A DNA stretch of 64,000 nt from Planctomycetota bacterium (GCA_965222115.1 CBDCTJ010000007.1:2656001-2720000); one strand, 5' to 3'; shown: positions 46,154 to 56,625, counted from the stretch's first letter. Translations and numbers: made by a program. Notes: generated by a model from the letters alone, not told the origin.

Positions 46154-47119
46154 ATGACGTCAAGTCCCTCGCCCCATCCGCTTCGCGATCCTTCGTTGAA
46201 ATCCCCCGACGCCCCGCGCGAGCGGTTGGCGCCCTGGCTCAAGAAGCGCCTTCCCCGCGGCAACGAAGTCGCCGACGTTCGCAAGCTGATGGACGATTTG
46301 GAGCTGCACACCGTTTGTCAGAGTGCGCGCTGTCCCAACCTCAATGAGTGTTGGTCGCGCAGTGCGGCCACGTTCATGATCATGGGCGATATCTGCACGC
46401 GCACGTGTCGGTTCTGCACGGTGCCCAAGGGCAAACCGTTGCCGCTCGATCAAGATGAACCAACGAAAGTGGCTGAGGCCGCGGCGAAACTCAATCTGCG
46501 GCACGTCGTTGTGACGAGCGTGGATCGCGACGAGCTTCCCGATCAGGGCGCAGCGCATTTCGCGAAGACCATTCGCGCCATTCGTGAGCGCCTACCTGAA
46601 GCGGTCATCGAAGTATTGACGCCCGACTTTCGTGGCGAGGAATCTTGCATCGATATCGTTTGCAATGCACGCCCCGACATCTTCAATCACAATTTGGAGA
46701 CCGTGCCGCGGCTCTACAAACGCGTGCGTCCTGGTGCTGGCTACGAGCGCAGTCTGCGCCTCTTGGAGCGCGTCAAGGAGACCGACGACACGATCTTTAC
46801 AAAGTCGGGGCTCATGCTCGGGCTTGGTGAATCGAGCGACGATCTGTTGAGGGTCCTGCGTGATTTGCGCAAGGTCAAGGTCGATATCCTCACGTTGGGG
46901 CAGTACTTGCGACCGAGCTTGGCTCAGCTTCCGGTGGAGCGTTTCATTCCGCCAGAGGAGTTTTCGTCGTGGGAAACGAGAGCGTACGAACTTGGCTTTC
47001 TTTCGGCCGCGTGCGGTCCGTTCGTGCGCTCGTCCTACAACGCCGACAAAGTCTACGAAGTGCTTGGATCACGGTCCGGTGCAGGCAGCCACACAGTTGA
47101 AGGCAATGTAGCCAAGTGA
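46154..47119 (+). CDS. lipA: Lipoyl synthase
   Basis: CQSARCPNLNEC and CTRTCRFC cluster motifs; VRSSY. Confidence 0.97.
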   Translation: MTSSPSPHPLRDPSLKSPDAPRERLAPWLKKRLPRGNEVADVRKLMDDLELHTVCQSARCPNLNECWSRSAATFMIMGDICTRTCRFCTVPKGKPLPLDQDEPTKVAEAAAKLNLRHVVVTSVDRDELPDQGAAHFAKTIRAIRERLPEAVIEVLTPDFRGEESCIDIVCNARPDIFNHNLETVPRLYKRVRPGAGYERSLRLLERVKETDDTIFTKSGLMLGLGESSDDLLRVLRDLRKVKVDILTLGQYLRPSLAQLPVERFIPPEEFSSWETRAYELGFLSAACGPFVRSSYNADKVYEVLGSRSGAGSHTVEGNVAK

Positions 47120-48399
47120 GCGAGCGCGTCTGCTACATCGATGCGCCTGCCGGACTGTCCGGCGATATGTTTCTCGGCGCGTTGATCGACGCGGGTCTTT
47201 CGCCGGACGTACTAACAGCATTGCCCGCGCGACTTGGGCTTCCCCATGTCGAAGTACGAATCACCAAGACCGAGCGTGCCGCGTTCGCCGCGACCAAAGT
47301 CGATGTACTCGTAAACGACAAACACGTCACGCCCGCGATCGATGTTCACCAACGTGCCTTCGATTCACATGACGGGCACGACCACGACCACGGTCACAAT
47401 CACGTGCACCGCACCCTCGCCGATGTCCTGCACATCTTGAGCCACGCCGGTTCACTTGAAATCGGTCCGCTTGCGACGGCCGCGCGCGCCTTTCGGTTGC
47501 TTGCCGAAGCCGAGGCGGCTGTTCATGGCACCGACGTCGAGCGCGTTCATTTTCACGAAGTCGGCGCGGCTGACGCGATTGTCGATATCGCCGGTACGTG
47601 CATTGGATTCGCAGAGCTTGGCGTGTCTCGACTTGCGGTATCGCCCCTGCCTTGGGGCACCGGGACCGTACACGGCGCCCACGGTGAGATGCCGATTCCC
47701 GCTCCTGCAACCGTGCGATTGCTAACAGGACTGGCGACGTTTCCAAGTGGCGAGACGTATGAGCAAGTAACGCCCACCGGCGCGGCTCTTGTGCGTGCAC
47801 TCGTTACCGACGAGGCGCTCCCCAACGATTTTTGCCCGGAGCACGTGGGCATGGGCGCTGGTCATCATCCCGGTGGGCGGCTTGCGAACGTCTTGCGTCT
47901 CGTCATAGGTACCGTTGCCACTATCCGCAAGCCGGAAGCCGGCGAAGCCTTACTACTTGAAACCAATCTCGACGATTGCACGGGTGAGCAGATGGGCTAT
48001 GTCATTGAACGTGCACTCGCACTCGGCGCACTCGATGCGTGGGCTACTCCGTCCACGATGAAGAAAGGGCGCCCGGGCGTCGTGTTGAGCGTTCTCACCA
48101 ATCGAGCCCATCGCGAAACACTCGAAGCACTACTGTTCGAAGAAACCACCACCCTTGGCATTCGCGCGAGCACCGTGACGCGTTCAACGCTCCCACGACG
48201 TCTGCAGCAAGTCATGACGCCGTGGGGGCTAGTACAAGTCAAAGTACGTACACTGCCTTCGGGCGAAGAACGTGCATCGCCCGAGTATGAGGACTGTGCA
48301 ACGATTGCGCACACACACGGTGTGGCCCTACGCGACGTCATGGACGCCGCCATGCTTGCGTACCGAGAGGTAGCTACGTCGACATCGAACGAATCGTAG
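47116..48399 (+). CDS. larC: Nickel pincer cofactor nickel insertase LarC (single ORF)
   Basis: GLSGDMFLGALID, His-rich stretch, HFHEVGA, TPTGAAL, LETNLDD, MKKGRPG and PEYEDC motifs. Confidence 0.94.
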   Translation: MSERVCYIDAPAGLSGDMFLGALIDAGLSPDVLTALPARLGLPHVEVRITKTERAAFAATKVDVLVNDKHVTPAIDVHQRAFDSHDGHDHDHGHNHVHRTLADVLHILSHAGSLEIGPLATAARAFRLLAEAEAAVHGTDVERVHFHEVGAADAIVDIAGTCIGFAELGVSRLAVSPLPWGTGTVHGAHGEMPIPAPATVRLLTGLATFPSGETYEQVTPTGAALVRALVTDEALPNDFCPEHVGMGAGHHPGGRLANVLRLVIGTVATIRKPEAGEALLLETNLDDCTGEQMGYVIERALALGALDAWATPSTMKKGRPGVVLSVLTNRAHRETLEALLFEETTTLGIRASTVTRSTLPRRLQQVMTPWGLVQVKVRTLPSGEERASPEYEDCATIAHTHGVALRDVMDAAMLAYREVATSTSNES

Positions 48400-49444
48400 A
48401 CTCGATAGCGGCCAAGCACGGATCCAACGTCTCGACATCGAGTCCAAATGAGATGCGTATTGCGTCGGGGAGTTGGAAGTACTCGCCGGGAATTGCGATG
48501 ACGTCGTGTTGCGCGCGCAACGCGTCACAGAATGCATGTGAAGCAATACCCTGCTTGAGTGCGTCGATAAACAACACACCGGTGATGCCGCCATGAGGCT
48601 GGGTCCAGGACACGCCTTCCGTAGCCTCGACCCAAGCGTTCACGCGACGTGCGCGCTTAAAGCCCAGTCGTCGTGCATTGGCCGCATGTCCTGGGGCATC
48701 GCGAAGATAGGCCGCGGCGTGCAGCATAGGTTCGGGCGGTAGCACAGGGCACACCAAGTCATCCCATTCGGCAAGGCGCGTAATCACGTCAGGCGCGGCC
48801 AGCGTCCAACCGAATCGCAAGTGCTGCCGTCCGTGGACTTTGGTCAGACTATTCGTTACGACGAAACGAGGATGGCGCAGAGCGGCGGAGGGGCGCTCCA
48901 CGGGATCAAAGTCGGCATAGACCTCGTCGACCAATACATGCGCGTCGTATTTGTCGGCAATTCGTCCGAGCGCCTCGTAGTCCTCATCCGTTATGCGGCA
49001 GCCGCTTGGATTGTGTAGGTCCGTTACTGCAATCAGGTCCACGCCGCGCCGCGCTTCGTTCTCAAGCGCATCCAGATCGAATTTCCAATCGTTCTTTGGA
49101 TCGCGTTCTACGAACGCGAGATCGGCATTCACCGCACCCGCGAGTCGATGCAACGCCTCATAGGCCGGCCGTTCGGCAATCACGCGACCCGACTTCGCCA
49201 GCGCCAAGTAACAAACAAAGTTGGCGTGCGATGAGCCGCATGTGAGGTGAATTTGATCGTGCCCGACGTTGTATAGCTCGCCGAGGCGTGATTTTGCAGC
49301 CGTCGCGGGGCTGCCGTCCTTGGCCCACGAAGGGGCGTCATCCGGCAGCGGCATGCCACTCAACCCCATGGTGCGTGGGTGGGGTTCCACGAGATTTTGC
49401 TTCGCAAAGCGCATGTACGGAAACGGCGCATCGGCGTGTGGCAT
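48374..49444 (-). CDS. Class I/II PLP-dependent aminotransferase
   Basis: DLHNPSG, VDEVY and NSLTKVHG..LRFGW motifs; start uncertain. Confidence 0.87.
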   Translation of the reverse strand: MPHADAPFPYMRFAKQNLVEPHPRTMGLSGMPLPDDAPSWAKDGSPATAAKSRLGELYNVGHDQIHLTCGSSHANFVCYLALAKSGRVIAERPAYEALHRLAGAVNADLAFVERDPKNDWKFDLDALENEARRGVDLIAVTDLHNPSGCRITDEDYEALGRIADKYDAHVLVDEVYADFDPVERPSAALRHPRFVVTNSLTKVHGRQHLRFGWTLAAPDVITRLAEWDDLVCPVLPPEPMLHAAAYLRDAPGHAANARRLGFKRARRVNAWVEATEGVSWTQPHGGITGVLFIDALKQGIASHAFCDALRAQHDVIAIPGEYFQLPDAIRISFGLDVETLDPCLAAIESTIRSMST

Positions 49445-49587
49445 CCCGTCAGACGGCGACGAATGGCGCATTGGACCCTCCCAGGCTGATGCAATCATAG
49501 ATGCACGCGGCCGCCGCCGAGAGTCCTGTGTCCTGAATACAATGGCGGTGTCCAGGAGACGAATCCGCAATGTACGGAGGCTTCACG

Positions 49588-51000
49588 ATGGCCATGCCCA
49601 CATGCCGATCCGCTCGCCCATGCATCGCAATGGGGACCCTTGTCGCTATCGCCGTCTTGGCCATCAGCAGCCTTGTTTGGGCCGACGTACCAGGCGAGTC
49701 GCCAACGGAGGCACCCAAGAAGGTCGATGCACCTGAGTCAGAGAAGGACGCACCGAAGAAAGAGAATGCCGCCACTAACAAAGAAGACGTATCGGGCGCG
49801 AAGCCAGAGGGTGAAACCAAAGATCCTCTCGCGCAGCCCTTAGATGCCCCCAAGCCGCCTAAGGACGTGGAGCCGCCTAGCAAGACGCGTGTTGTGGTGC
49901 CGAAGGGGCCGGACAAGAACGCGGACGGAATCATCGGTATCGTGCGCGGACAAAATGTGAATCTGCGCGTGGGTCCGCGCCGAGGACCGCATCGAATTGC
50001 GCAACTCAACCGCGGCGCGGTCGTCGTCATTGTTGAGCGAATTGATGACTGGTTGGGCATACATGTACCGGTTGGATTTCCTGCCGTCGCGTCCATGCGT
50101 TATCTAAAGCCGGTGGCCGAAGGTCGCGTGCAGATCGATGCCACCAATCTCAATTTGCGGGTGGCGATTCCCGGTTCAGGTAGGGCAGCGCCCCCTGCAT
50201 TTCGCGACCACCCCAAGCCTGGTGCTGTCGTTCCCGTGATTCGAACGGAGGGGGATTGGGCCTGGGTGTTGGCTCCCGAGTATGTCCGCGCCTACATCAG
50301 CGCGCGCTATGTGAAGGAACTGGGTCCTGCTCGCGAGCACCAAGACGTTCTCGCCAAGGCCCGCGAGTTTCGCAAGAAGAACATTGCGATTCTTGATGCG
50401 CGTCGCAAAGAGCACGTTTCACGCGTATCGGCCAATCGACTGCGCGAAGTCATCGGACACGTGCAGCGTGAGTTGGCAGAACTACGCCGCAAGAACACCC
50501 TCGATCAAGCGCCGGTCATCGCGTTGAGGGATCACTTACGCGATGGACTTAAGGCGCACGCAAGTGCATTACCCCGCGTGCGGCGACTTGCAACTGCGAT
50601 GTATTTAGACCTGGAGGCCGAAGCTGCGCTGCGCGCGGCACGTGCCGACGAAGCCCTGGCCAGCGGGCCACCTACCGGGAAGGCCAGTCCAGCACCAAGA
50701 AAGCCGACACCGCACGCTGTGGGGCCCGTGGCCCTCACAGGTATCCCGCGTTTTGAACCCACGGAAAACAATCAGGGCGAATGGGTCCTGTGGCAGCGCG
50801 AGGCACCTTCCCACGTATTGCGTCCTGCACCGGGCGTGAATGTGAGCTTTCCCGATTTGCGCCGCTACGACGGAAAGCAAACCAAAGTCGTGGGCAAGCA
50901 GACCAAGCATCGTGTATTCGGCTTGCCGCTCGTCATGGTCCACACGCTTGAGCCGTTGCCCGAACCCGTCGTTCGAAAGAACCCCACCGGCACGCGTTAA
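49588..51000 (+). CDS. Exported protein with tandem bacterial SH3-like domains
   Basis: Signal or TM segment, Pro/Lys linker, NVNLRVGP...DDWLGI and NLNLRV...GDWAWV...YISARYV repeats. Confidence 0.75.
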   Translation: MAMPTCRSARPCIAMGTLVAIAVLAISSLVWADVPGESPTEAPKKVDAPESEKDAPKKENAATNKEDVSGAKPEGETKDPLAQPLDAPKPPKDVEPPSKTRVVVPKGPDKNADGIIGIVRGQNVNLRVGPRRGPHRIAQLNRGAVVVIVERIDDWLGIHVPVGFPAVASMRYLKPVAEGRVQIDATNLNLRVAIPGSGRAAPPAFRDHPKPGAVVPVIRTEGDWAWVLAPEYVRAYISARYVKELGPAREHQDVLAKAREFRKKNIAILDARRKEHVSRVSANRLREVIGHVQRELAELRRKNTLDQAPVIALRDHLRDGLKAHASALPRVRRLATAMYLDLEAEAALRAARADEALASGPPTGKASPAPRKPTPHAVGPVALTGIPRFEPTENNQGEWVLWQREAPSHVLRPAPGVNVSFPDLRRYDGKQTKVVGKQTKHRVFGLPLVMVHTLEPLPEPVVRKNPTGTR

Positions 51001-52223
51001 CTTTCGGCTCGCTCCTTACGGAGTTGCTCATCTCGCTCACGCGCTGCCTGGCTGCGCTCAAGTGCCTCTGGATCCGCCGCGTGTTCGATCGCCGAACGCT
51101 CCTCACCCGCCGTGTAGCGTGCAGCGAAGGCCTCATGCCAGTCATCAAATGTTCCCGCCTCAATCTCTTTGCGTGCGCGCCGGACGAGATTCAGGAGGAA
51201 CGCCAGGTTGTGCAGGGATCCAAGTGTGATTGCGGACTGTTCGCGGGACTTGAATAGATGGCGCAGGTAGCCTCGGGAGTAGTTGCGACTGACGGCGTGG
51301 GGGGTTTCCGCATCAATCGGGCGGTCATCGCGCTCGTACTTGCGCGCACCTATGCGAATCACGCCGTCGTGCGTATAGAGATAACCCCGGCGACCATTGC
51401 GAGTAGGTAGCACGCAATCGAACATGTCAATCCCCGATGCGATGGCATGGAGCATGTCTAACGGATGTCCCACGCCCATGAGGTAACGCGGTTTGTTGGG
51501 TGGCAATCGTCTCGCCGTGTGCTTGACCACCCGGTACTGAGTCTCCTTCGACTCGCCAACAGCCAATCCGCCAATCGCGTAGCCAGGCAACTCCAGCGCT
51601 ACAAGTGCGTCCGTCGACAGTTCGCGAAGCGCCTCGTCATCCCCGCCCTGCACAATCCCAAAAAGCAGTTGGTCGTTACGCGTACGCGCCCTCATGGCAA
51701 GTTCCGTCCAGCGCGTCGTGCGGTGAACAGCCGCCTCCATGTCATCGCGTGAAGCCGGTAGACCCACACAGTGATCAAACGCCATGATGATGTCGGCACC
51801 GAGGGCTTCTTGAATGGCGATCGAGCGAGCAGGCGTTAGATTCATGATGGATCCGTCAAGATGACTCTTCACCTTGACGCCGTCTTCACGAAGCTTCACC
51901 AGCGCGCCCAGCGAAAAGACTTGATAGCCACCTGAATCCGTCAACCACGGGCGCTGCCAACCTGTAAAGCCATGCAACCCGCCCATGTCCTCAATGAGTG
52001 CTTCACCGGGGCGCTGATGCAAGTGGTAGGTGTTGGCGACGAGCAAATCGGGGCGTAGCTCGTCCAACTGCTCATTCGTCACGCCCTTGAGCGAAGCGCG
52101 CGTCGCGACCGGCATAAAGGCCGGGGTTTGCACGGTGCCATGCGCGGTTTCGAAGGTCGTCACGCGTGCGTCACCGCACTTGGCGAGGCAATGAAATGAC
52201 GGCGAATGGGATGTGGGGGACAC
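50997..52223 (-). CDS. tgt: Queuine tRNA-ribosyltransferase
   Basis: TPAFMPV, NTYHL, TDSGGYQVFSL, FGIVQGG, RYLMGVG and DMFDCVLPTR motifs. Confidence 0.96.
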   Translation of the reverse strand: MSPTSHSPSFHCLAKCGDARVTTFETAHGTVQTPAFMPVATRASLKGVTNEQLDELRPDLLVANTYHLHQRPGEALIEDMGGLHGFTGWQRPWLTDSGGYQVFSLGALVKLREDGVKVKSHLDGSIMNLTPARSIAIQEALGADIIMAFDHCVGLPASRDDMEAAVHRTTRWTELAMRARTRNDQLLFGIVQGGDDEALRELSTDALVALELPGYAIGGLAVGESKETQYRVVKHTARRLPPNKPRYLMGVGHPLDMLHAIASGIDMFDCVLPTRNGRRGYLYTHDGVIRIGARKYERDDRPIDAETPHAVSRNYSRGYLRHLFKSREQSAITLGSLHNLAFLLNLVRRARKEIEAGTFDDWHEAFAARYTAGEERSAIEHAADPEALERSQAARERDEQLRKERAES

Positions 52224-52291
52224 GAGTTGCCTAGTTCACAGTCCCTTGAAGAAGCTGCTGTCCGTTACCCTGATGCTGCGTGATAGGACGC

Positions 52292-52897
52292 CTAATCGCG
52301 CAGCGGCTTCATCTTGCTCGCGAGCCGCCACCCGCCGTCAACAAATACGAACGACCAAAGCTTCATGCCCGCCAATTCACCCGGCTCAACGAATTTGACC
52401 GAGTAGAGTTTGACTGGGTTCTTCATCGCCTTCAGTGCCGACACCTGAAGACCTGTGGCAAGCGTGCTCGAAGCGTTATCGACTGAGATAACATCCACCA
52501 CCGTCTTACCCGATTCATGGACGCCCTTAAACAAGGACGTAAGCTGGCCAATACTCTCGGCTGCCTTGTCGTAATCGTCGCCGAGCTTGGACCCCATCTC
52601 CTCTCCAAAGACGTGCTTAAACCAGGCCTTGTGGTTCGGGATGAGCAGCGCTTTACAGTCGTCTACGACGTCTTCACCTGCAGCCACCTTCTTCAAAATG
52701 GCGACCATATGGTCCCGAAGTCCGGTATTGGATTCTGTGACGGAGGTCGATTCGGGAGCGACCGCCGTACCGCTTGACGACGTAGTTGCGGCGTTGTCCC
52801 CTTTGGACGTGCCTGACGTGTCATCGCCGCCGCATCCGATCGAAATGGCGGCAAGGAAAAGGAGGGACAAAACGGTGCGTGGAGTGGAGTTGTGCAT
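52292..52897 (-). CDS. Hypothetical lipoprotein
   Basis: Lipobox-like SIGC after a hydrophobic stretch; Ser/Thr linker. Confidence 0.75.
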   Translation of the reverse strand: MHNSTPRTVLSLLFLAAISIGCGGDDTSGTSKGDNAATTSSSGTAVAPESTSVTESNTGLRDHMVAILKKVAAGEDVVDDCKALLIPNHKAWFKHVFGEEMGSKLGDDYDKAAESIGQLTSLFKGVHESGKTVVDVISVDNASSTLATGLQVSALKAMKNPVKLYSVKFVEPGELAGMKLWSFVFVDGGWRLASKMKPLRD

Positions 52898-52962
52898 GCG
52901 TCTACCATAATCACGCTGTGGGCGCGTCGTCAACGACTCGTCACCGTCCCAAAGGAGGCAAG

Positions 52963-53694
52963 ATGGCTGCAAAACGTGGATCAACGAAACGCGCGTCCGC
53001 AACGCGTACCCGGAAGGCGCCCTTCGGACCCGGACTCATGCGGTTTCTCAAGGAGCTACAGGCCAACAACACGCGCGATTGGTTTGCCGAGAACAAAGAG
53101 CGCTACGAGACGCACGTCCGCGAACCTGCCTTGGCATTTATTCGCGCGATGGAAAAGCCGCTTGAGAAGATCTCGCCCCACTTCGTGGCGAGCGATCGCA
53201 AGGTCGGGGGATCGCTGATGCGCGTGCATCGAGACGTCCGCTTCTCCAAGGACAAGTCCCCCTACAAGACCAACCTCGGCATTCAGTTTCGGCACGAGTC
53301 TGGCAAGGATGTCCACGCGCCGGGCTTCTACCTTCACGTCGATCCAACGAATGTCTTTTTGGGCGCCGGTATGTGGCACCCGGATGCATCGGCCCTTAAA
53401 GCCATGCGCGAGGCGATCGATGCCGATGGCGCCGCCTGGAAGCGGGCTTCGCGAGCCAAGCGCCTACGTGACAACTGGGAACTCGCAGGGGACAGCCTCA
53501 AGCGCGCACCCAAGGGTTATCCAATAGACCATCCATTGATCGAGGATCTGCGGCGCAAGGACCACATTGCGGTCTGCAACCTCAAAAAATCGGATGTGAC
53601 GCGCGCCGATCTCGTGACGTTCCTTGCGCAGCGCTTTCGAGACGTTCGCAGCTACATGGCATTCCAGGCAGAGGCGTTGGGGCTACCTTTTTGA
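52963..53694 (+). CDS. DUF2461 (TIGR02453) family protein
   Basis: FLKELQANNTRDWF, RVHRDVRFSKDKSPYKT and LKRAPKGY motifs; AGGAGG SD. Confidence 0.9.
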   Translation: MAAKRGSTKRASATRTRKAPFGPGLMRFLKELQANNTRDWFAENKERYETHVREPALAFIRAMEKPLEKISPHFVASDRKVGGSLMRVHRDVRFSKDKSPYKTNLGIQFRHESGKDVHAPGFYLHVDPTNVFLGAGMWHPDASALKAMREAIDADGAAWKRASRAKRLRDNWELAGDSLKRAPKGYPIDHPLIEDLRRKDHIAVCNLKKSDVTRADLVTFLAQRFRDVRSYMAFQAEALGLPF

Positions 53695-53863
53695 ACGCAT
53701 GTGAACCGCGCCGCGAAGCCTTGCGCCGCAGTGTGCCGTTGGGCCGCGGAGTTTGGGGCCACGCGTTTGGGCGCTGTTGGGTGGGGGGCGCGCATGCTCA
53801 TTTTCTGCTCGCGAGTTGGACTTTTTTGGTGCGGCAAAACCCCTGCGCGGGGAAGATCACGGC

Positions 53864-55207
53864 GTGAACGGTCGCACCCCCGAGTCTGCCCCGAACGCTG
53901 TGGATCCCGCTGTAACGCCGGAGGCCGCGCTTCGTCGTCGCGCGTCCACCGTCCAGGCGCCTTCGTCCGCGACGGATTCGCGGCGAGCGGCCACCGGCCC
54001 GGTGCCACTTATGGATCCGTCGCGAGTGTATGCTTCGTGGGGCCCCGAAGCAGAAACCGAAGTCGTTCAGATTCTTCGAAGCCAGCGCTACGTGCGTGGC
54101 ATCCATGTAGAGCGACTTGAAGCGGAGTTTGCGGCCTATGTGGGCGTGCGCCACGCCATCGCGCTCGATTCCTGCACCGACGCGCTCACGCTGGCATTGC
54201 AAGCCTGTTTCGAGGGACGTCCCGCAAGTCAGCGTGAGGTGATCCTTCCGTCATTTACATTCATCGCCACCGCGGGGGCTGTTGTCAACGCGGGTGGCAT
54301 CCCACGCTTCGCCGATGTCGATCTCGATACGCATTGTATTGATCCCAAGAGCGTGGATGCGCTGCTCGGTCCCCAAACCGCGGCGATCATTCCCGTGCAT
54401 CTATTTGGTATGCCTGCGGATATGCATGCCCTCGATGAGGTGCTCATCGCGGCAGGACGGCGCGAGCACGTGTTCGTGCTGGAAGATGCCGCACAGTCCA
54501 TTCACGCCGATATCCGTCTGCCTGCCCAAAGTCACGCGAGGACGACAGGCGGCAGTAACGGGTCGAGTCACGCCGCAAATGGTGTTTCGCATGGCTCAGG
54601 CTCCGCGCTTCGAACAGGCGCCATCGGCGACGCGGGTACGTTCTCGTTCTACCCATCCAAGAACGTGGGCGCCGCGGGCGACGCCGGCATGTTGGTCACC
54701 AACAGCGAAGCCATCAATGGGTTGGCCCGTAGTCTTCGCAACCACGGGCAGGCCGACGTTGCGTACGAATACGAACGCGTGGGCACCAACAGCCGCATGG
54801 ACGAAATTCAAGCTGCAGTTCTGCGCATCAAACTGCTCCATGTCGCGGCGTGGACCGAGGCGCGTCAGGCGATTGCGGCTCGCTATGAGCAAGCTTTTTC
54901 ATCAACGCTCGCCGTACAGTGTCAGGGTAAGACGCCGGGCGCCCGCTCGGCCTATCACCTCTTTACGATCCGCGTGCCCGGGCGGGATCACGTGCGCGGT
55001 GCAATGGAGGAAGCGGGGATTGCAACGGGGATCTACTACCCCAATCCACTCCACAGCCAACACTGCTTTGCCTCCTACTCACAAGACCCGTGCCCCAACA
55101 CCGAGCGCCTCAGCGGGGAGGTGCTGTCGCTTCCGTGCTTCCCTGGCCTCTCCATCGATGAGCAGCAGCGAGTCATCGACGCCACATTGGACGCCATAGG
55201 CGATTAG
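53864..55207 (+). CDS. DegT/DnrJ/EryC1/StrS sugar aminotransferase
   Basis: FTFIATA, PVHLFG, EDAAQS, FSFYPSKNVGAAGDAG and NSRMDEIQAA motifs; start uncertain. Confidence 0.93.
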   Translation: MNGRTPESAPNAVDPAVTPEAALRRRASTVQAPSSATDSRRAATGPVPLMDPSRVYASWGPEAETEVVQILRSQRYVRGIHVERLEAEFAAYVGVRHAIALDSCTDALTLALQACFEGRPASQREVILPSFTFIATAGAVVNAGGIPRFADVDLDTHCIDPKSVDALLGPQTAAIIPVHLFGMPADMHALDEVLIAAGRREHVFVLEDAAQSIHADIRLPAQSHARTTGGSNGSSHAANGVSHGSGSALRTGAIGDAGTFSFYPSKNVGAAGDAGMLVTNSEAINGLARSLRNHGQADVAYEYERVGTNSRMDEIQAAVLRIKLLHVAAWTEARQAIAARYEQAFSSTLAVQCQGKTPGARSAYHLFTIRVPGRDHVRGAMEEAGIATGIYYPNPLHSQHCFASYSQDPCPNTERLSGEVLSLPCFPGLSIDEQQRVIDATLDAIGD

Positions 55208-55352
55208 CCCGACTGTTTTGGGTCCATGTTGACCCAGATCAACGTTTTTTGCTCGATGTTGATCGGCTTCGACGTATTTCAGGGTAAGCGCGCGCGAAAC
55301 GGCAGATCGTCGGCCATGGCACGGTGGGCATGGTGAGTGCGTAGCCGCAGGC

Positions 55353-55760
55353 ATGTTGACGGGCATACGCACCATGAAAGAACGTAGACGAGATCCCCGC
55401 ATCCCTGCGACTGCACTTGTGCGTCTGGCCTCGCGCGACGAGCCGGGCGACCGTGGGGCCGCGAACATTGTGGTGGCGAACCTGCTGGACGTGAGCGCAG
55501 GCGGACTCCGCGCCTCGTGCCCCACCGGCTCTCGCCTGGATGTGGGTTCGGAAGTGGTGGTCGAGATTCAACTTGACGAAGAGGGCGATCGCCGAGCCGC
55601 ACCACCCAGCGTTGATCTCCGCGGCACCGGCGTCGTCGTTCGCATGCGCAAGGCCGCCAGCGACGGGTCCGATGGAAAAGGCGGCGCTTGTGTCACGGCG
55701 CTTCGATTCATCGGCCCGCTCACAATGCGCGAACCGTTCGCAAACATGCTGCTTTTCTAG
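55353..55760 (+). CDS. PilZ domain protein
   Basis: RRRDPR (RxxxR) and DVSAGG (DxSxxG) c-di-GMP motifs. Confidence 0.85.
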   Translation: MLTGIRTMKERRRDPRIPATALVRLASRDEPGDRGAANIVVANLLDVSAGGLRASCPTGSRLDVGSEVVVEIQLDEEGDRRAAPPSVDLRGTGVVVRMRKAASDGSDGKGGACVTALRFIGPLTMREPFANMLLF

Positions 55761-55878
55761 TCGAGTGTTTGACGTCAAGGCTGTGAGGGCCAAAACGGCG
55801 AGCGCCCTCGATTGGCCTGAACCAACAAGGGCGCGTTGCATCCATCACGTGTAGCGGAAATTTCCGGTTGCGTTTGCG

Positions 55879-56442
55879 CTACCGCAGGGCGAGTAGCGTA
55901 AACCCATGATTCACGAGAATCGCAGTGGTCGATGAGAAGATCTGGACGATGATTCCCTCATTGCCATTGGCAAGTGTCCCTACTTGTACTTCAAGGTTAC
56001 GGCTGAGGCCGAACCCATGGGTCATCGTGGCGCTGAGGTAGGCTTGGTTTAGGAACTGCGCGCGCGCAAGTGCCGTGATGTTGGTGAGGTCGATCTCGTA
56101 GTAGCCCGGATTGGGGCGCGTAACGACGGGGATCATGTCACTCGTGGCAGCATAGCTTTCGACGTTGGCGCTAGCATCGACCTTGATCGCCAGACGCGGA
56201 CGAATCAAGTGGATGTTGTCCAGTTCCGACCTGTTCTGCGTAATGCGCGAATCGTTGTCATTCACCGCGCTGGCAATGGCCGTGAAGTTGGCGTTGACTT
56301 CATCCGCAGAGGCCACCGTGCCCGGTACAAACGTATGTGGCAGGGTCACGCTGCTTGCGAGGCTGACGCCCGCAATGATGGCAACGACGAGCAGTGACGG
56401 CATGAGCAATGAAGCAATGGGGGTAGGGCGTTGGGTGAACAT
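55879..56442 (-). CDS. Hypothetical secreted protein
   Basis: Signal-like helix, TFVPGTVASADEVNANF motif, short coiled coil, beta-rich C-terminus; AGGAG SD. Confidence 0.75.
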   Translation of the reverse strand: MFTQRPTPIASLLMPSLLVVAIIAGVSLASSVTLPHTFVPGTVASADEVNANFTAIASAVNDNDSRITQNRSELDNIHLIRPRLAIKVDASANVESYAATSDMIPVVTRPNPGYYEIDLTNITALARAQFLNQAYLSATMTHGFGLSRNLEVQVGTLANGNEGIIVQIFSSTTAILVNHGFTLLALR

Positions 56443-56487
56443 AGAAACTCCTTGATACGGCGGTACTGGCGAAAGGCGGGCGGCGGG

Positions 56488-56625
56488 CTACGCCCACTGC
56501 CCCTGATTCCACTGAAGGCTGTCCCAGTTGTTGGTGGGTACGTCGAAATCGGAACCACCGCCGCTGCTTCCACATCCAGCGAGGGTGAGGCAAACGAGGG
56601 CAAGGGCGAGAGCGAGCATACGCAT
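56488..56625 (-). CDS. Small lipoprotein (45 aa) with a Trp-periodic tail
   Basis: GGAG SD, MRMLALALALVCLTLAGC lipobox, tail WDSLQWNQGQWA. Confidence 0.72.
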   Translation of the reverse strand: MRMLALALALVCLTLAGCGSSGGGSDFDVPTNNWDSLQWNQGQWA

